Of a stretch of DNA of 64,000 bases, positions 1-8,276 are shown piece after piece; within the stretch, counting starts at the first letter, position 1, and each line of letters opens with the position of its first letter. This DNA comes from an uncultured Agathobaculum sp. (GTDB taxonomy: Bacteria > Bacillota > Clostridia > Oscillospirales > Butyricicoccaceae). The translations under genes and the position numbers were made by a program. Location: the NCBI GenBank assembly GCA_944380975.1, contig CALWJK010000002.1, positions 37,766 to 101,765 on the forward strand, given 5' to 3'. The notes under the pieces were generated by a model. That model saw nothing but the letters and a program-made list of their open reading frames with translations, did not search any database and was not told where the DNA came from.

Positions 1-667
1 GTGCGCACGGGTGCGCCGTCCACCTCTGCGTCCGGCGGTCACTGCGAACCGGACACCGTCCCTGCCGCTCAAGCTTGGCACGGCGCCGACGGATGTGATT
101 ATCGGCCTTGGCGCGTCGACCGGCGGCACCGAAGCGACGCTTGAGGTGCTGCGCCGCCTGCCTGCCAATATACCGGGCATGGTGATCGTACAGCATATGC
201 CGCCCGGATTTACGCAGATGTATGCGGAACGTCTCAACCGCATTTGCCAGATGAAGGTCAAGGAAGCGGAGCACGGGGATGAGATCGTGCGCGGGCAGGT
301 GCTGATCGCGCCGGGCGATAAGCAGATGCGCGTGGTGCGCAACGGCAGCAGATATACGGTTTCCTGCCTGCCGGGCGAAAAGGTCAGCGGGCATTGCCCG
401 TCGGTGGATGCACTGTTCCTGTCGATGGCACAGAATGTCCGGTGCCGCATGGTTGGCATCATCATGACCGGCATGGGAAGCGATGGTGCTAAGGGTCTGC
501 TGGAAATGCGCAAGCAGGGTGCGTATACGATTGGACAGGATAAGGATTCCTGCGTGGTTTACGGCATGCCGATGGTTGCGCACAATATTGGCGCGGTGAT
601 GCAGCAGGCGTCCTGTGAAAATATTGCGGGTGTGCTGGTGCGGCATTTGAGCAATTCCAATAGGTAA
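1..667 (+). CDS. cheB: Protein-glutamate methylesterase CheB, catalytic domain (5' end outside window)
   Basis: The frame stays open to base 2, so the receiver domain lies upstream. Motifs GLGASTGGTEA, IVQHMPPGFT and IIMTGMGSDGA match the CheB Ser/His/Asp methylesterase domain. Confidence 0.9.
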   Translation, partial: CARVRRPPLRPAVTANRTPSLPLKLGTAPTDVIIGLGASTGGTEATLEVLRRLPANIPGMVIVQHMPPGFTQMYAERLNRICQMKVKEAEHGDEIVRGQVLIAPGDKQMRVVRNGSRYTVSCLPGEKVSGHCPSVDALFLSMAQNVRCRMVGIIMTGMGSDGAKGLLEMRKQGAYTIGQDKDSCVVYGMPMVAHNIGAVMQQASCENIAGVLVRHLSNSNR

Positions 668-692
668 GATGGGTTACTCTTAATAAAAAAAT

Positions 693-735
693 AGGCGTTA
701 AACAAAAAATGCAGTTTAACGCTTATTTTTTTTTG
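693..735 (+). terminator. Rho-independent terminator after cheB
   Basis: 9-bp stem GCGTTAAAC (695-703) / GTTTAACGC (714-722), followed by a T-run at 723-734. Confidence 0.7.
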
Positions 736-749
736 TTTCTTTCCGATAA
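723..749 (+). promoter_or_regulatory. Candidate sigma-28 (SigD/FliA) promoter of the flgM operon
   Basis: TTAT (723-726)-N15-TCCGATAA (742-749). Compare the B. subtilis SigD consensus TAAA-N15-GCCGATAT. The same architecture recurs at 16884, 22751, 24041, 25551 and 27654. Confidence 0.5.
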
Positions 750-809
750 GATAAATATCTGTAGCAACAAAAGCTATGTGGTAGTAATGAGGAATAGAGG
801 AGTTGACCG

Positions 810-1109
810 ATGATGATGGTTTCGAAAACAGGAGGAATGACCCCTCTCCAGAGGCCACACATGCAAATGGAAAGTGTGGAGGGGCAATACCGCTCTTCCG
901 GACAATATGACAGCGTGGAACTGAAAACCGCGCACTATTCTCAGGATCAGCGTTTTTCTTTGGAGCTGTCCAGTCGCCTCTCGCAGGAGGTGCGGACGCA
1001 GCAGTCCGAGGAAGTGCCGCAAGTCCGGCAGCAAGTCTTAAACGGTGACTATCAGATTGACATTGATAGTCTGGCGGCGCAGATTATGCTGTTTGGAGGT
1101 GTGTGCTGA
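810..1109 (+). CDS. flgM: Anti-sigma-28 factor FlgM
   Basis: 99 aa. The C-terminal ...QQVLNGDYQIDIDSLAAQIM resembles the FlgM sigma-28-binding helix. It precedes flgN-flgK as in B. subtilis. Confidence 0.85.
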   Translation: MMMVSKTGGMTPLQRPHMQMESVEGQYRSSGQYDSVELKTAHYSQDQRFSLELSSRLSQEVRTQQSEEVPQVRQQVLNGDYQIDIDSLAAQIMLFGGVC

Positions 1110-1573
1110 TGGCGAGCAGCTTTCAAGATATGCTGAAGTTGATTCGTGACCTCACGCACACGCTGGAGGGTTTGACGGAGACGCAAAAGAACGTTGTTTC
1201 TGCGGTGCGTACGGATGATTTGGAGAAGCTGGGCGAATGCATGAAGCGGGAGCAGGCGCTGTCTCTGGCACTGCGCAACGCAGATCAGCGCCGTATTAAG
1301 CTGCAGGCAGAGCTGGGACTGGAGAATATCCGGCTCGCACAGCTGCCGGAACATGTACAGGATGAAGCGATGCGTCAGGAGATCAAAGCTGCCGGAGAGG
1401 CGCTGACGACGCAGTATCGCGTGATGCAAAGTGCCGCCGAGGTGGCGCGTTCTGCTTTGGAATGCAGCCTGCATGAAGTGGAAGGCATGATGACCAATTT
1501 GGGATTTGATCCGGTGCAGACGAAGGAGCATACGGCTTCTGTGAGCGGTGCACACACGGATTTCCATGCATGA
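1109..1573 (+). CDS. flgN: FlgN-family export chaperone for hook-associated proteins
   Basis: Helical ~155-aa ORF between flgM and flgK. ATG 1109 overlaps the flgM stop (TGATG) and sits 10 nt after GGAGGT. The track start at 1103 is a GTG only 4 nt from the SD. Confidence 0.75.
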   Translation: MASSFQDMLKLIRDLTHTLEGLTETQKNVVSAVRTDDLEKLGECMKREQALSLALRNADQRRIKLQAELGLENIRLAQLPEHVQDEAMRQEIKAAGEALTTQYRVMQSAAEVARSALECSLHEVEGMMTNLGFDPVQTKEHTASVSGAHTDFHA

Positions 1574-1595
1574 CTGAAGAGGAGGTACCGCCCAT

Positions 1596-3950
1596 ATGGC
1601 GACTTTTGGTGAATTTACAGTAGCGCGTCTTGGTATGATTGCCAGTCAGATGGCGCTTAATGTAACTGGACAGAATATTTCTAACATCAATACGGCGGGA
1701 TATACCCGTCAACAGCTCGACCAGTACAGCTTTATCACGAATAGTTCGGGAATGTATCATTCGAGCAGTTCGGCTTCGGTTGGTTCGGGCGTTATGCTTG
1801 CGGGTGTGTCGCAGTTGCGTGACCCGTATCTCGATATTCGTTTCCGTAAGGAAATGTCGAGTGTCGGCTCGACCGATGCAACGCTGAACGTACTCGATCA
1901 GCTGCAAAGCGTTATCAATAACGTCGATAAAGAGGGTATCGTAACCCAGTTGCAGGACTTGTTCAGCCGTATCAGCGAGCTGGGCAGTCATGTGGGCGAA
2001 CAGGAATTTGAGACACTGATGCGTGAATCGGCGCAGGATCTGTGTACGCTGCTCAACTCCAGCGCGTCCAAGCTGCAGCAGGTTTATGACAATATCCTGC
2101 AGCAGTATAATGAGGATATTCAAGATACCAATAATATCCTGCAAAAAATTCAGGATTTGAACGAGCAGATTCGTATTGCGGATATCAACGGTGATTCTGC
2201 TTTGGAACTGCGCGACCAGCGTAATACGTTGATCGATTCGCTTTCCGAGTACATGAAGATTGACGTCACCTATGGCAAGGAAGATGTCGGTGCGGGTTTT
2301 GAAGTAGAAAAGCTGACCATCAAAATGGTGGATCAGACGACCGGCAAGCCGGGCCAGACGTTGATTGACGGCATTAGCCGTGCGGAACTGAGTTTGGTCA
2401 AAGATGACCCGGATATGTTCCTGAATGTCAGCGAACTGCATGATCCGGACGGTGCCCAGACGTCCAATACTGCCTCTCGCTTCACGATTGGCGGACTGAG
2501 CTTTGGGGATGGTGTGACAAGCGGACCTCAAACCATTCGAGTCAATTATACGGATGAGACGGGAAGCGAGAAGTTTGTTGACATTACATTCAATGTGACT
2601 GCTCCTGCCGATCCGAATGATGCGAACTCTGTTCAGCAAGCCCGGAATGCTACGCTGGCGAGTTTGCAGCAAGCGTTGCAGGATGACCCGACGTTGAAAG
2701 ATCGTTTCACCGTCAATTTGGCAAGCAATGGAATCAGTATGATTTCCAAACAGCAGGGTGGGGATGCGTTCAATATCACCAACATGGAGTTGGCTGGCGG
2801 TGCACAGATTTCTTTCAATACACAGAAATCCACGCCAGCAGTGGTGAGCAATGCAGGTGCAATTACGGACGGCATGGGTTACGGTGCGCTTGAGTCCACC
2901 CGCCAGATGCTGGTTGGCTCTGGTGAATTCAGCACGGATGCCGCTTATAGTAATATCCGTGGCATCCCGTACTATATGCACTCGCTGGACATGATGGCCA
3001 ACAAGCTGGCAACCGAAATGAACCGGGTCAACACCACCAATGCAGATGGCGAGTCGCTTGTTGATCTGGGTATTGAGGGCGCGGGCAACCTGTTTGTGGC
3101 GGATGGTGACGATCCGGACAACCCGACCAAGGTAATTACTGCGTCGAATATATCACTGTCTGACAAATGGCAGACTGGTGAGACAACGATTGTACCTTCA
3201 ACAAAACCGGGGGCAGGCAGTACGGAAAACGATAATATCAACCGCTTCATGAACATTTTGAATGAGGCATACGGCTATAAAGCCACGGATATTGTCCGGC
3301 AAGATAACACACCGTTTACCAGCGGAAAGTTGGAGCAAACGGGTGCCGCTGGACAGAATTTGCAGGCACAGATCACTTATATTGACAGCATGAATCAGCA
3401 GCATACCGTAACGGTAAGCTTCCAGTCCGGTGCGGATGCGGATGCGACGCTGGCGAATCTGCAGGCTGCCATCACAGCAAATCCGGATTTGGCTCAGTTT
3501 GCAAATGTGAATGTGGATAATGGTTCTATCACGATGACAGCCAACGATGGCAATATTGATGACGGCGTATTATGCAGTCTGGTGACGGATATCCAGATCA
3601 CAGACGATCAGGGTGCGGCGACAGATGACTTCAAAATGGGTGCCGGCAAGATTGGTGGAACGGTTGCCAGCTCCAATATCTATAAGGGTAACATCGAGAG
3701 CTGCTACTCTAATATGGAGGGTGTGCTGGGTTCGCATATCAACACAACTTCCACGATCTATGAAACTTACGCGACAGCGGCGGATGAGATCAATACCAGC
3801 CGTGACAGCGTATCGGGCGTGGATCTGAATGACGAGGGTATTAACCTTCTGCAATATCAAAAATCGTTCTCGGCAGCCTGCCGCTTGATGACTGCGCTGG
3901 ACGAAGCGATGGATAAGGTTATCAACGGCATGGGCGTTGTTGGACGCTGA
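1596..3950 (+). CDS. flgK: Flagellar hook-associated protein 1 FlgK (long, 784 aa)
   Basis: N-terminal rod/hook motif ALNVTGQNISNINTAGYTRQ. C-terminal GVDLNDEGINLLQYQKSFSAACRLMTALDEAMDKVIN. GAGGAGG RBS. Confidence 0.95.
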   Translation: MATFGEFTVARLGMIASQMALNVTGQNISNINTAGYTRQQLDQYSFITNSSGMYHSSSSASVGSGVMLAGVSQLRDPYLDIRFRKEMSSVGSTDATLNVLDQLQSVINNVDKEGIVTQLQDLFSRISELGSHVGEQEFETLMRESAQDLCTLLNSSASKLQQVYDNILQQYNEDIQDTNNILQKIQDLNEQIRIADINGDSALELRDQRNTLIDSLSEYMKIDVTYGKEDVGAGFEVEKLTIKMVDQTTGKPGQTLIDGISRAELSLVKDDPDMFLNVSELHDPDGAQTSNTASRFTIGGLSFGDGVTSGPQTIRVNYTDETGSEKFVDITFNVTAPADPNDANSVQQARNATLASLQQALQDDPTLKDRFTVNLASNGISMISKQQGGDAFNITNMELAGGAQISFNTQKSTPAVVSNAGAITDGMGYGALESTRQMLVGSGEFSTDAAYSNIRGIPYYMHSLDMMANKLATEMNRVNTTNADGESLVDLGIEGAGNLFVADGDDPDNPTKVITASNISLSDKWQTGETTIVPSTKPGAGSTENDNINRFMNILNEAYGYKATDIVRQDNTPFTSGKLEQTGAAGQNLQAQITYIDSMNQQHTVTVSFQSGADADATLANLQAAITANPDLAQFANVNVDNGSITMTANDGNIDDGVLCSLVTDIQITDDQGAATDDFKMGAGKIGGTVASSNIYKGNIESCYSNMEGVLGSHINTTSTIYETYATAADEINTSRDSVSGVDLNDEGINLLQYQKSFSAACRLMTALDEAMDKVINGMGVVGR

Positions 3951-3972
3951 TAGAAAGGAGTAGTGGGAAATT

Positions 3973-4989
3973 ATGATACGTGTTACCACAAACGGTACGC
4001 TGCGTACCTATCGTAGCCACTTGGCGCGGGCTACGCTCAATCAATATCAGTCGATGAATACGGTGCTGACACGACGGCGTTTTACGTCTTATGCGGAATC
4101 GCCGTCTTTGGCGACGCAGTCTTTCCGTCTGCATTCGTCATACGCCCGCAATACAGCTCAACAGAGTATGAGCGAGGAAATGATCAGCAAGTATGAGGCC
4201 GCAGGCAGCAGCTTGCAGAAGTTACAGGAGCAGTATCTGGATGCGCTGGATGCGGCGGAGCAGGGACAGGATGATAGCAAGGCAGGCGCGCGCCAGCAGT
4301 TGGGCGAGACGCTCAAGGGCATTGCAGAGGGCATGGTACAGACGCTCAATGCGCAGTACGGCGATAAATTTATCTTCGCAGGCACGGATGGTGAGAATGC
4401 TCCGTTTGAGTTGAAAGACGGAAAGCTGCTGTTCCGCGGTTTGGATGTAAATGATCCCGCTAATGAGGAAGCCTTTAAGGAAATGGCAAACGAGGCTGCA
4501 TATGTCGACATTGGTCTGGGCATGCAGTTGGACGAGAATGAGCAGGTGGTGCCGTCGACGGCATTCAATTCCGCTATCTCCGGTATTGGCTTGCTGGGAT
4601 ATGGTACGAATGGGGATGGTGTACCAAACAACATGATCAGCGCGATCGCGGAACTGGGCGAGATTTACTCTCGTGCAGATTCTGAGACAGGTGCTTTGAA
4701 TCCTGCCGATTCGGAGCGCGCAGAAGCGCTGTTCGGAAATTTACAGGAGTCCAATGCAGATTTCCGTGCTGAGTGGACTAAGCTGGACACCAAGGCGCAG
4801 TTCCTCAAATCCAATGATACACGCCTGACCTCAACCGGCGATACGTTGCAGACGCAGTATGAGGGCTTGGATCGCGTGGATCTGGCCGACGCACTGACAA
4901 CATTTGCATATGCACAGTATAGTTACAATGCGGCACTTCGAGTGGGAAATGATATTTTGTCGCAATCCTTCATTGACTATATGAGCTAA
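3973..4989 (+). CDS. flgL: Flagellar hook-associated protein 3 FlgL
   Basis: Flagellin-like N terminus (MIRVTTNG...) and C terminus (...AYAQYSYNAALRVGNDILSQSFIDYM). Follows flgK. Confidence 0.9.
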   Translation: MIRVTTNGTLRTYRSHLARATLNQYQSMNTVLTRRRFTSYAESPSLATQSFRLHSSYARNTAQQSMSEEMISKYEAAGSSLQKLQEQYLDALDAAEQGQDDSKAGARQQLGETLKGIAEGMVQTLNAQYGDKFIFAGTDGENAPFELKDGKLLFRGLDVNDPANEEAFKEMANEAAYVDIGLGMQLDENEQVVPSTAFNSAISGIGLLGYGTNGDGVPNNMISAIAELGEIYSRADSETGALNPADSERAEALFGNLQESNADFRAEWTKLDTKAQFLKSNDTRLTSTGDTLQTQYEGLDRVDLADALTTFAYAQYSYNAALRVGNDILSQSFIDYMS

Positions 4990-5029
4990 CAAAAAACTTC
5001 GTAAATAAAAGAGAAAGAGTGATGGATGG

Positions 5030-5632
5030 ATGGAGCGACTGATCGAAATAAAAACGGTTCCGATAGAACTGGAGATGAAGGTAAACCATGCACGGCTGGA
5101 CTATAAGCGTTCGACGGTTGATTTGGAGATTTCCAGAAATCAGGGAGGCTTGCAGATTCGAAGCAAGCCGATCAAAGTGAATATCGACACGTTCGAGGCG
5201 CGCAATTCGGTGTCGCCGACTGCGATGCGGAGCATCGAACAGGCGGCGCAGCGCGGACAGCAAAAGGTTTACGACACCACTGCAACTTATGCTCGTCGGG
5301 GTGATTTACTCTTGGAGGCAAAGATCGGAGAACAGCTGATTTCTCAGTTTGCGATGGAATCGCAGCAGGTCAATACCGATTTTGCGATGAAGTGGCTGCC
5401 CACGACCGGACCGGATATTTCTTGGGATGGCGGGGAACTCAATATTCGGTATGAAATGGATAAGCTTAATTTCGACTGGCGGATGGATCAAGGAAACGTA
5501 GAATTCATTCCGGGCAACATTGAGTTTACTGTTACACAGCAGCCGGATGTTATCATCAAATATATTGGCGGGCCGGTCTACGTTCCACCGTCTGCAGATC
5601 CGGATTATGTGCCGTTAGATGAACAGGCTTAA
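5030..5632 (+). CDS. YviE-like conserved protein of unknown function (I recall this slot being classed as DUF6470)
   Basis: 200-aa ORF in the flgL-fliW slot that yviE occupies in B. subtilis. No catalytic motif recognised. Confidence 0.6.
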   Translation: MERLIEIKTVPIELEMKVNHARLDYKRSTVDLEISRNQGGLQIRSKPIKVNIDTFEARNSVSPTAMRSIEQAAQRGQQKVYDTTATYARRGDLLLEAKIGEQLISQFAMESQQVNTDFAMKWLPTTGPDISWDGGELNIRYEMDKLNFDWRMDQGNVEFIPGNIEFTVTQQPDVIIKYIGGPVYVPPSADPDYVPLDEQA

Positions 5633-5645
5633 TAAGGAGCAAAAT

Positions 5646-6092
5646 ATGAAAATACAAACCAAATATTTTGGTGAGTTAAATATTGATGACAGCACAACGC
5701 TCCGGTTTTCGGATGGCTTGTTTGGATTTGAACAGGAAAAGGAATTTGTCCTCCTCTCTTTTTCGGAAGAGGAGGACTTCCTGCTCTGTTTACAAAGCGT
5801 AGTAACACCGTTTTTAGCGTTTACGCTACTCAATCCGTTCATGGTAATGCCGGAATACCGCCCTGTGCTGCCGCAGGAAGAATTGCAGCGGCTGGGGGTC
5901 GATCAAAGTGAGGACTTGTGCTATTATGTATTGTGCAGGGTGGAAAACCCTGTTTCCAAAAGTACGGTCAATTTGCGATGCCCGGTTGTGCTGAACGATC
6001 AGACGCGGCAGGCGCGGCAGGTGATTCTGGACGAGTATGAGATGCGATGCCCACTGTCATCGCTGAGAAAGAAGGATGACGGAGCATGCTGA
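5646..6092 (+). CDS. fliW: Flagellar assembly factor FliW (CsrA antagonist)
   Basis: MKIQTKYFGEL...GLFGFEQEKEF is a typical FliW N terminus. AAGGAG lies 7 nt before ATG 5646. The 3' end overlaps the csrA start. Confidence 0.9.
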   Translation: MKIQTKYFGELNIDDSTTLRFSDGLFGFEQEKEFVLLSFSEEEDFLLCLQSVVTPFLAFTLLNPFMVMPEYRPVLPQEELQRLGVDQSEDLCYYVLCRVENPVSKSTVNLRCPVVLNDQTRQARQVILDEYEMRCPLSSLRKKDDGAC

Positions 6093-6319
6093 TCCTGCAA
6101 CGAAAAGAAGGCCAGTCTCTTACGATTGACGATCGGATCGTGGTCACGGTTCAGGAAATCGGGCAGGGACGCGTGCGCTTGTCGGTGGATGCGCCGCGTG
6201 ATATTGCGGTGCTTCGGACGGAGCTGGTGGAGGCACAGCGGGAGAACCGTTCGGCCGCGCAGGAGAAGGAATCTCCGATGCAGCTGCTGCAGATGCTCCG
6301 CAAGGAAAACGAAAAATAA
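6086..6319 (+). CDS. csrA: Carbon storage regulator CsrA
   Basis: MLILQRKEGQSLTIDDRIVVTVQEIGQGRVRLSVDAPRDIAVLRTEL is a near-canonical CsrA sequence. Confidence 0.95.
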   Translation: MLILQRKEGQSLTIDDRIVVTVQEIGQGRVRLSVDAPRDIAVLRTELVEAQRENRSAAQEKESPMQLLQMLRKENEK

Positions 6320-6345
6320 TGCCGGAGTTTCGGCATGAATAGAAA

Positions 6346-6381
6346 CAAAAAATCCTGCGTCGGTTGACGCAGGATTTTTTT
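6346..6381. terminator. Bidirectional terminator between csrA and the convergent ComFB-domain gene
   Basis: 10-bp stem ATCCTGCGTC (6352-6361) / GACGCAGGAT (6366-6375) with loop GGTT. It is flanked by an A-run on the 5' side and a T-run on the 3' side. Confidence 0.8.
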
Positions 6382-6385
6382 GTAC

Positions 6386-7333
6386 TCAATGATGTGGATG
6401 CTCGTTGATGATGACGCAAGCACGCATCATTTGCACAGATAGTTCTTTTTCATAGCGGGCTGCATATACGCTCATATAAGCGGCGCGCTTGGATTTTTCC
6501 AGCACTACATATTTAGAGGGCAGATTGGTCAGCGCGAGTGCTTTCATATCGGCAATGCAGCGCTGGCATTGGCAATGCAGCATATTGGTGGTATAATACA
6601 CCGAAGTTTCCTCCGCCAATTCTTGCAGAACATTGGTATATTCTACGTCTTGTTCCCCAGTAGGGGTATAAATCTGCTCGGCAGGTGCTTCCGGCTGGGG
6701 CATTTTTACGGTAGGCTGTGCGGGTGCAGGAGGTTCGTCAGCAGAGGAAATAGCCTCAGGTGCGGGGGCTTGCGGAATCACTGGAGTCGGATCGGTTTCC
6801 GGTTCTGGGATAGATGCCGTCATGGCTTCTGACGCAGTGACCGGGCTCTCTTCGACCTCTTGCATCACAGTATCCTCTGCGACCGGCGTTTGGGATTCCG
6901 CAGCTGCGGGTGATTCGGACGGCTGCGCAGGTGCTTCCGCCTCAATCAGCGCCTGCAATAACCCTGATTTGATATCGTCGGAAACCTGTTGCTCCTTTTC
7001 CCGGACCGTTTGTACAATCGGGACTACGGGCTGTGGTGTAGGGACAGGGGCTGCCTGCGGCTGTTCTGCCGTAGGGAGTTCCTCGGAAACCACTGCAGGG
7101 GACTCCTGCGTTGGTTCGGCAGATACCGGGGCGGCTGACGCTGCTTTGGATGTTTTTTTGGGTTTGTTTGTGCTGGTGCGTTTTTTCTCCTTGGGGGGCT
7201 CTTCTGGTGTAGGCTGTGGTTCTACGGGAGCCGCCGGTGCAGCCGGCTGTTCTGGCTCGGCTGGCGTGGCTTCGCTGGGGGTTGTAATCAGATTCAACAC
7301 GCGTGCGGTTTTGTTACTGCGTTTTGATGCCAT
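6386..7333 (-). CDS. ComFB-domain protein with basic N-terminal peptide and ~200-aa P/A/E-rich disordered region
   Basis: The C-terminal ~90 aa carry a ComFB-type Cys cluster, HCQCQRCIADMKALALTNLPSKYVV. Residues ~20-224 are low-complexity Pro/Ala/Glu. The N terminus is MASKRSNKTARVLNLI. The gene starts 21 nt downstream of the ParA-like gene. Confidence 0.7.
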   Translation of the reverse strand: MASKRSNKTARVLNLITTPSEATPAEPEQPAAPAAPVEPQPTPEEPPKEKKRTSTNKPKKTSKAASAAPVSAEPTQESPAVVSEELPTAEQPQAAPVPTPQPVVPIVQTVREKEQQVSDDIKSGLLQALIEAEAPAQPSESPAAAESQTPVAEDTVMQEVEESPVTASEAMTASIPEPETDPTPVIPQAPAPEAISSADEPPAPAQPTVKMPQPEAPAEQIYTPTGEQDVEYTNVLQELAEETSVYYTTNMLHCQCQRCIADMKALALTNLPSKYVVLEKSKRAAYMSVYAARYEKELSVQMMRACVIINEHPHH

Positions 7334-7354
7334 TTTTAATTTTCCTTTCGTGGT

Positions 7355-8116
7355 TTAGGATTTATCAGCGAGGATTTCGTCTACAAGGGCAACAAAATCC
7401 ATAGCGGGCTTACAAGTGGGGGAATAAGAAACGATACTTTCCCCGTGTGCAGGCGCTTCTGCCACCATGACGCTTTGGCGGATTTTGGCCTCAAAAACTT
7501 TGGTGTCAAGCTGCTGGGCAATTTGCTGGGAGAGTTCCAGCACGTCGCGGTTGAGGTTCAAACGCGCGTTGAATTTGTTCAGCAGGATGCCGATGACCTT
7601 GAGGCTGGGGTTGTAATATTGCCGGACAGTTTCGATGGTCTCCTTGATCTGTGTTACACCCAGCAGGCTGAGGATTTCGGGGGCCATCGGGATGATGAGC
7701 TTGTCTGCGGCAACATATGCGTTAACGGTCAGCAAGTTGAGCGCCGGAGGCGTGTCGATGATGATATAGTCGTAGCGGTCAGAAACCAGAGAAAGCTCGG
7801 TTTTGAGCATATATTCGCGTCCAGGTTTGTTGCATTCCAGCTCTACACCGGAGAGCAGGATGTTGGAGGCGAGGAGGTCGCCATAGGTCATCGGGCAAAT
7901 GACCTGATCGATGGGAAGCTGTTTTTTGAATACTTCATACATGGTATGCACATTCTCAATGTCCACACCGAGGCTGAAACCAAGATTGCCCTGAGGGTCG
8001 AGATCGACGCCAAGAACTTTATATCCGCGCTCGGATAGCGACGCGATGAGAGCAGATGCTGTGGTCGTTTTTCCGACGCCGCCTTTCTGATTGGTGATGG
8101 CAATGATTTCCGCCAT
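7355..8116 (-). CDS. Orphan Soj/ParA-family ATPase (deviant Walker A)
   Basis: IAITNQKGGVGKTTTA (KGGxxGKT deviant Walker A) and VLGVDLDPQGN (ParA-type motif). ATG 8116 lies 8 nt after AGGAAG; the track start at 8125 is a GTG. No ParB gene is adjacent. Confidence 0.85.
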   Translation of the reverse strand: MAEIIAITNQKGGVGKTTTASALIASLSERGYKVLGVDLDPQGNLGFSLGVDIENVHTMYEVFKKQLPIDQVICPMTYGDLLASNILLSGVELECNKPGREYMLKTELSLVSDRYDYIIIDTPPALNLLTVNAYVAADKLIIPMAPEILSLLGVTQIKETIETVRQYYNPSLKVIGILLNKFNARLNLNRDVLELSQQIAQQLDTKVFEAKIRQSVMVAEAPAHGESIVSYSPTCKPAMDFVALVDEILADKS

Positions 8117-8165
8117 AGAAGACACTTCCTTATCTGAAAAAAATCTGAATATTCTCTTATGTTTA

Positions 8166-8193
8166 GTATACTACATGTCGAAATAAAAACATA
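8166..8193 (+). promoter_or_regulatory. Weak candidate sigma-28-type promoter of the fliD operon
   Basis: TTAT (8166-8169)-N16-GTCGAAAT (8186-8193). It has one core mismatch (CGAA instead of CGAT) and a spacing one nt longer than the other sites. Confidence 0.3.
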
Positions 8194-8276
8194 GAATAAA
8201 TTTTTCTTATTGCTTATTTTCTATTTCGTCAATCTTTGGTTGGCGGATAACAGTTATTTTGGAAGGAGCGATTAAC

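Noticed and set aside
1383-2981. 532-aa ORF on the - strand.
   Set aside because: It lies entirely antisense to flgK, which has clear family motifs. Its translation is Arg/Leu/Ile-rich nonsense typical of a shadow ORF.
6822-7358. 178-aa + strand Gly/Cys/Ser-rich ORF, with a similar Cys/Gly-rich - strand ORF at 44164-44409.
   Set aside because: Each is the complement of a Pro/Ala/Glu-rich or Gln/Pro-rich low-complexity coding region (the ComFB-domain protein and the FliY linker). The open frames are by-products of that composition.
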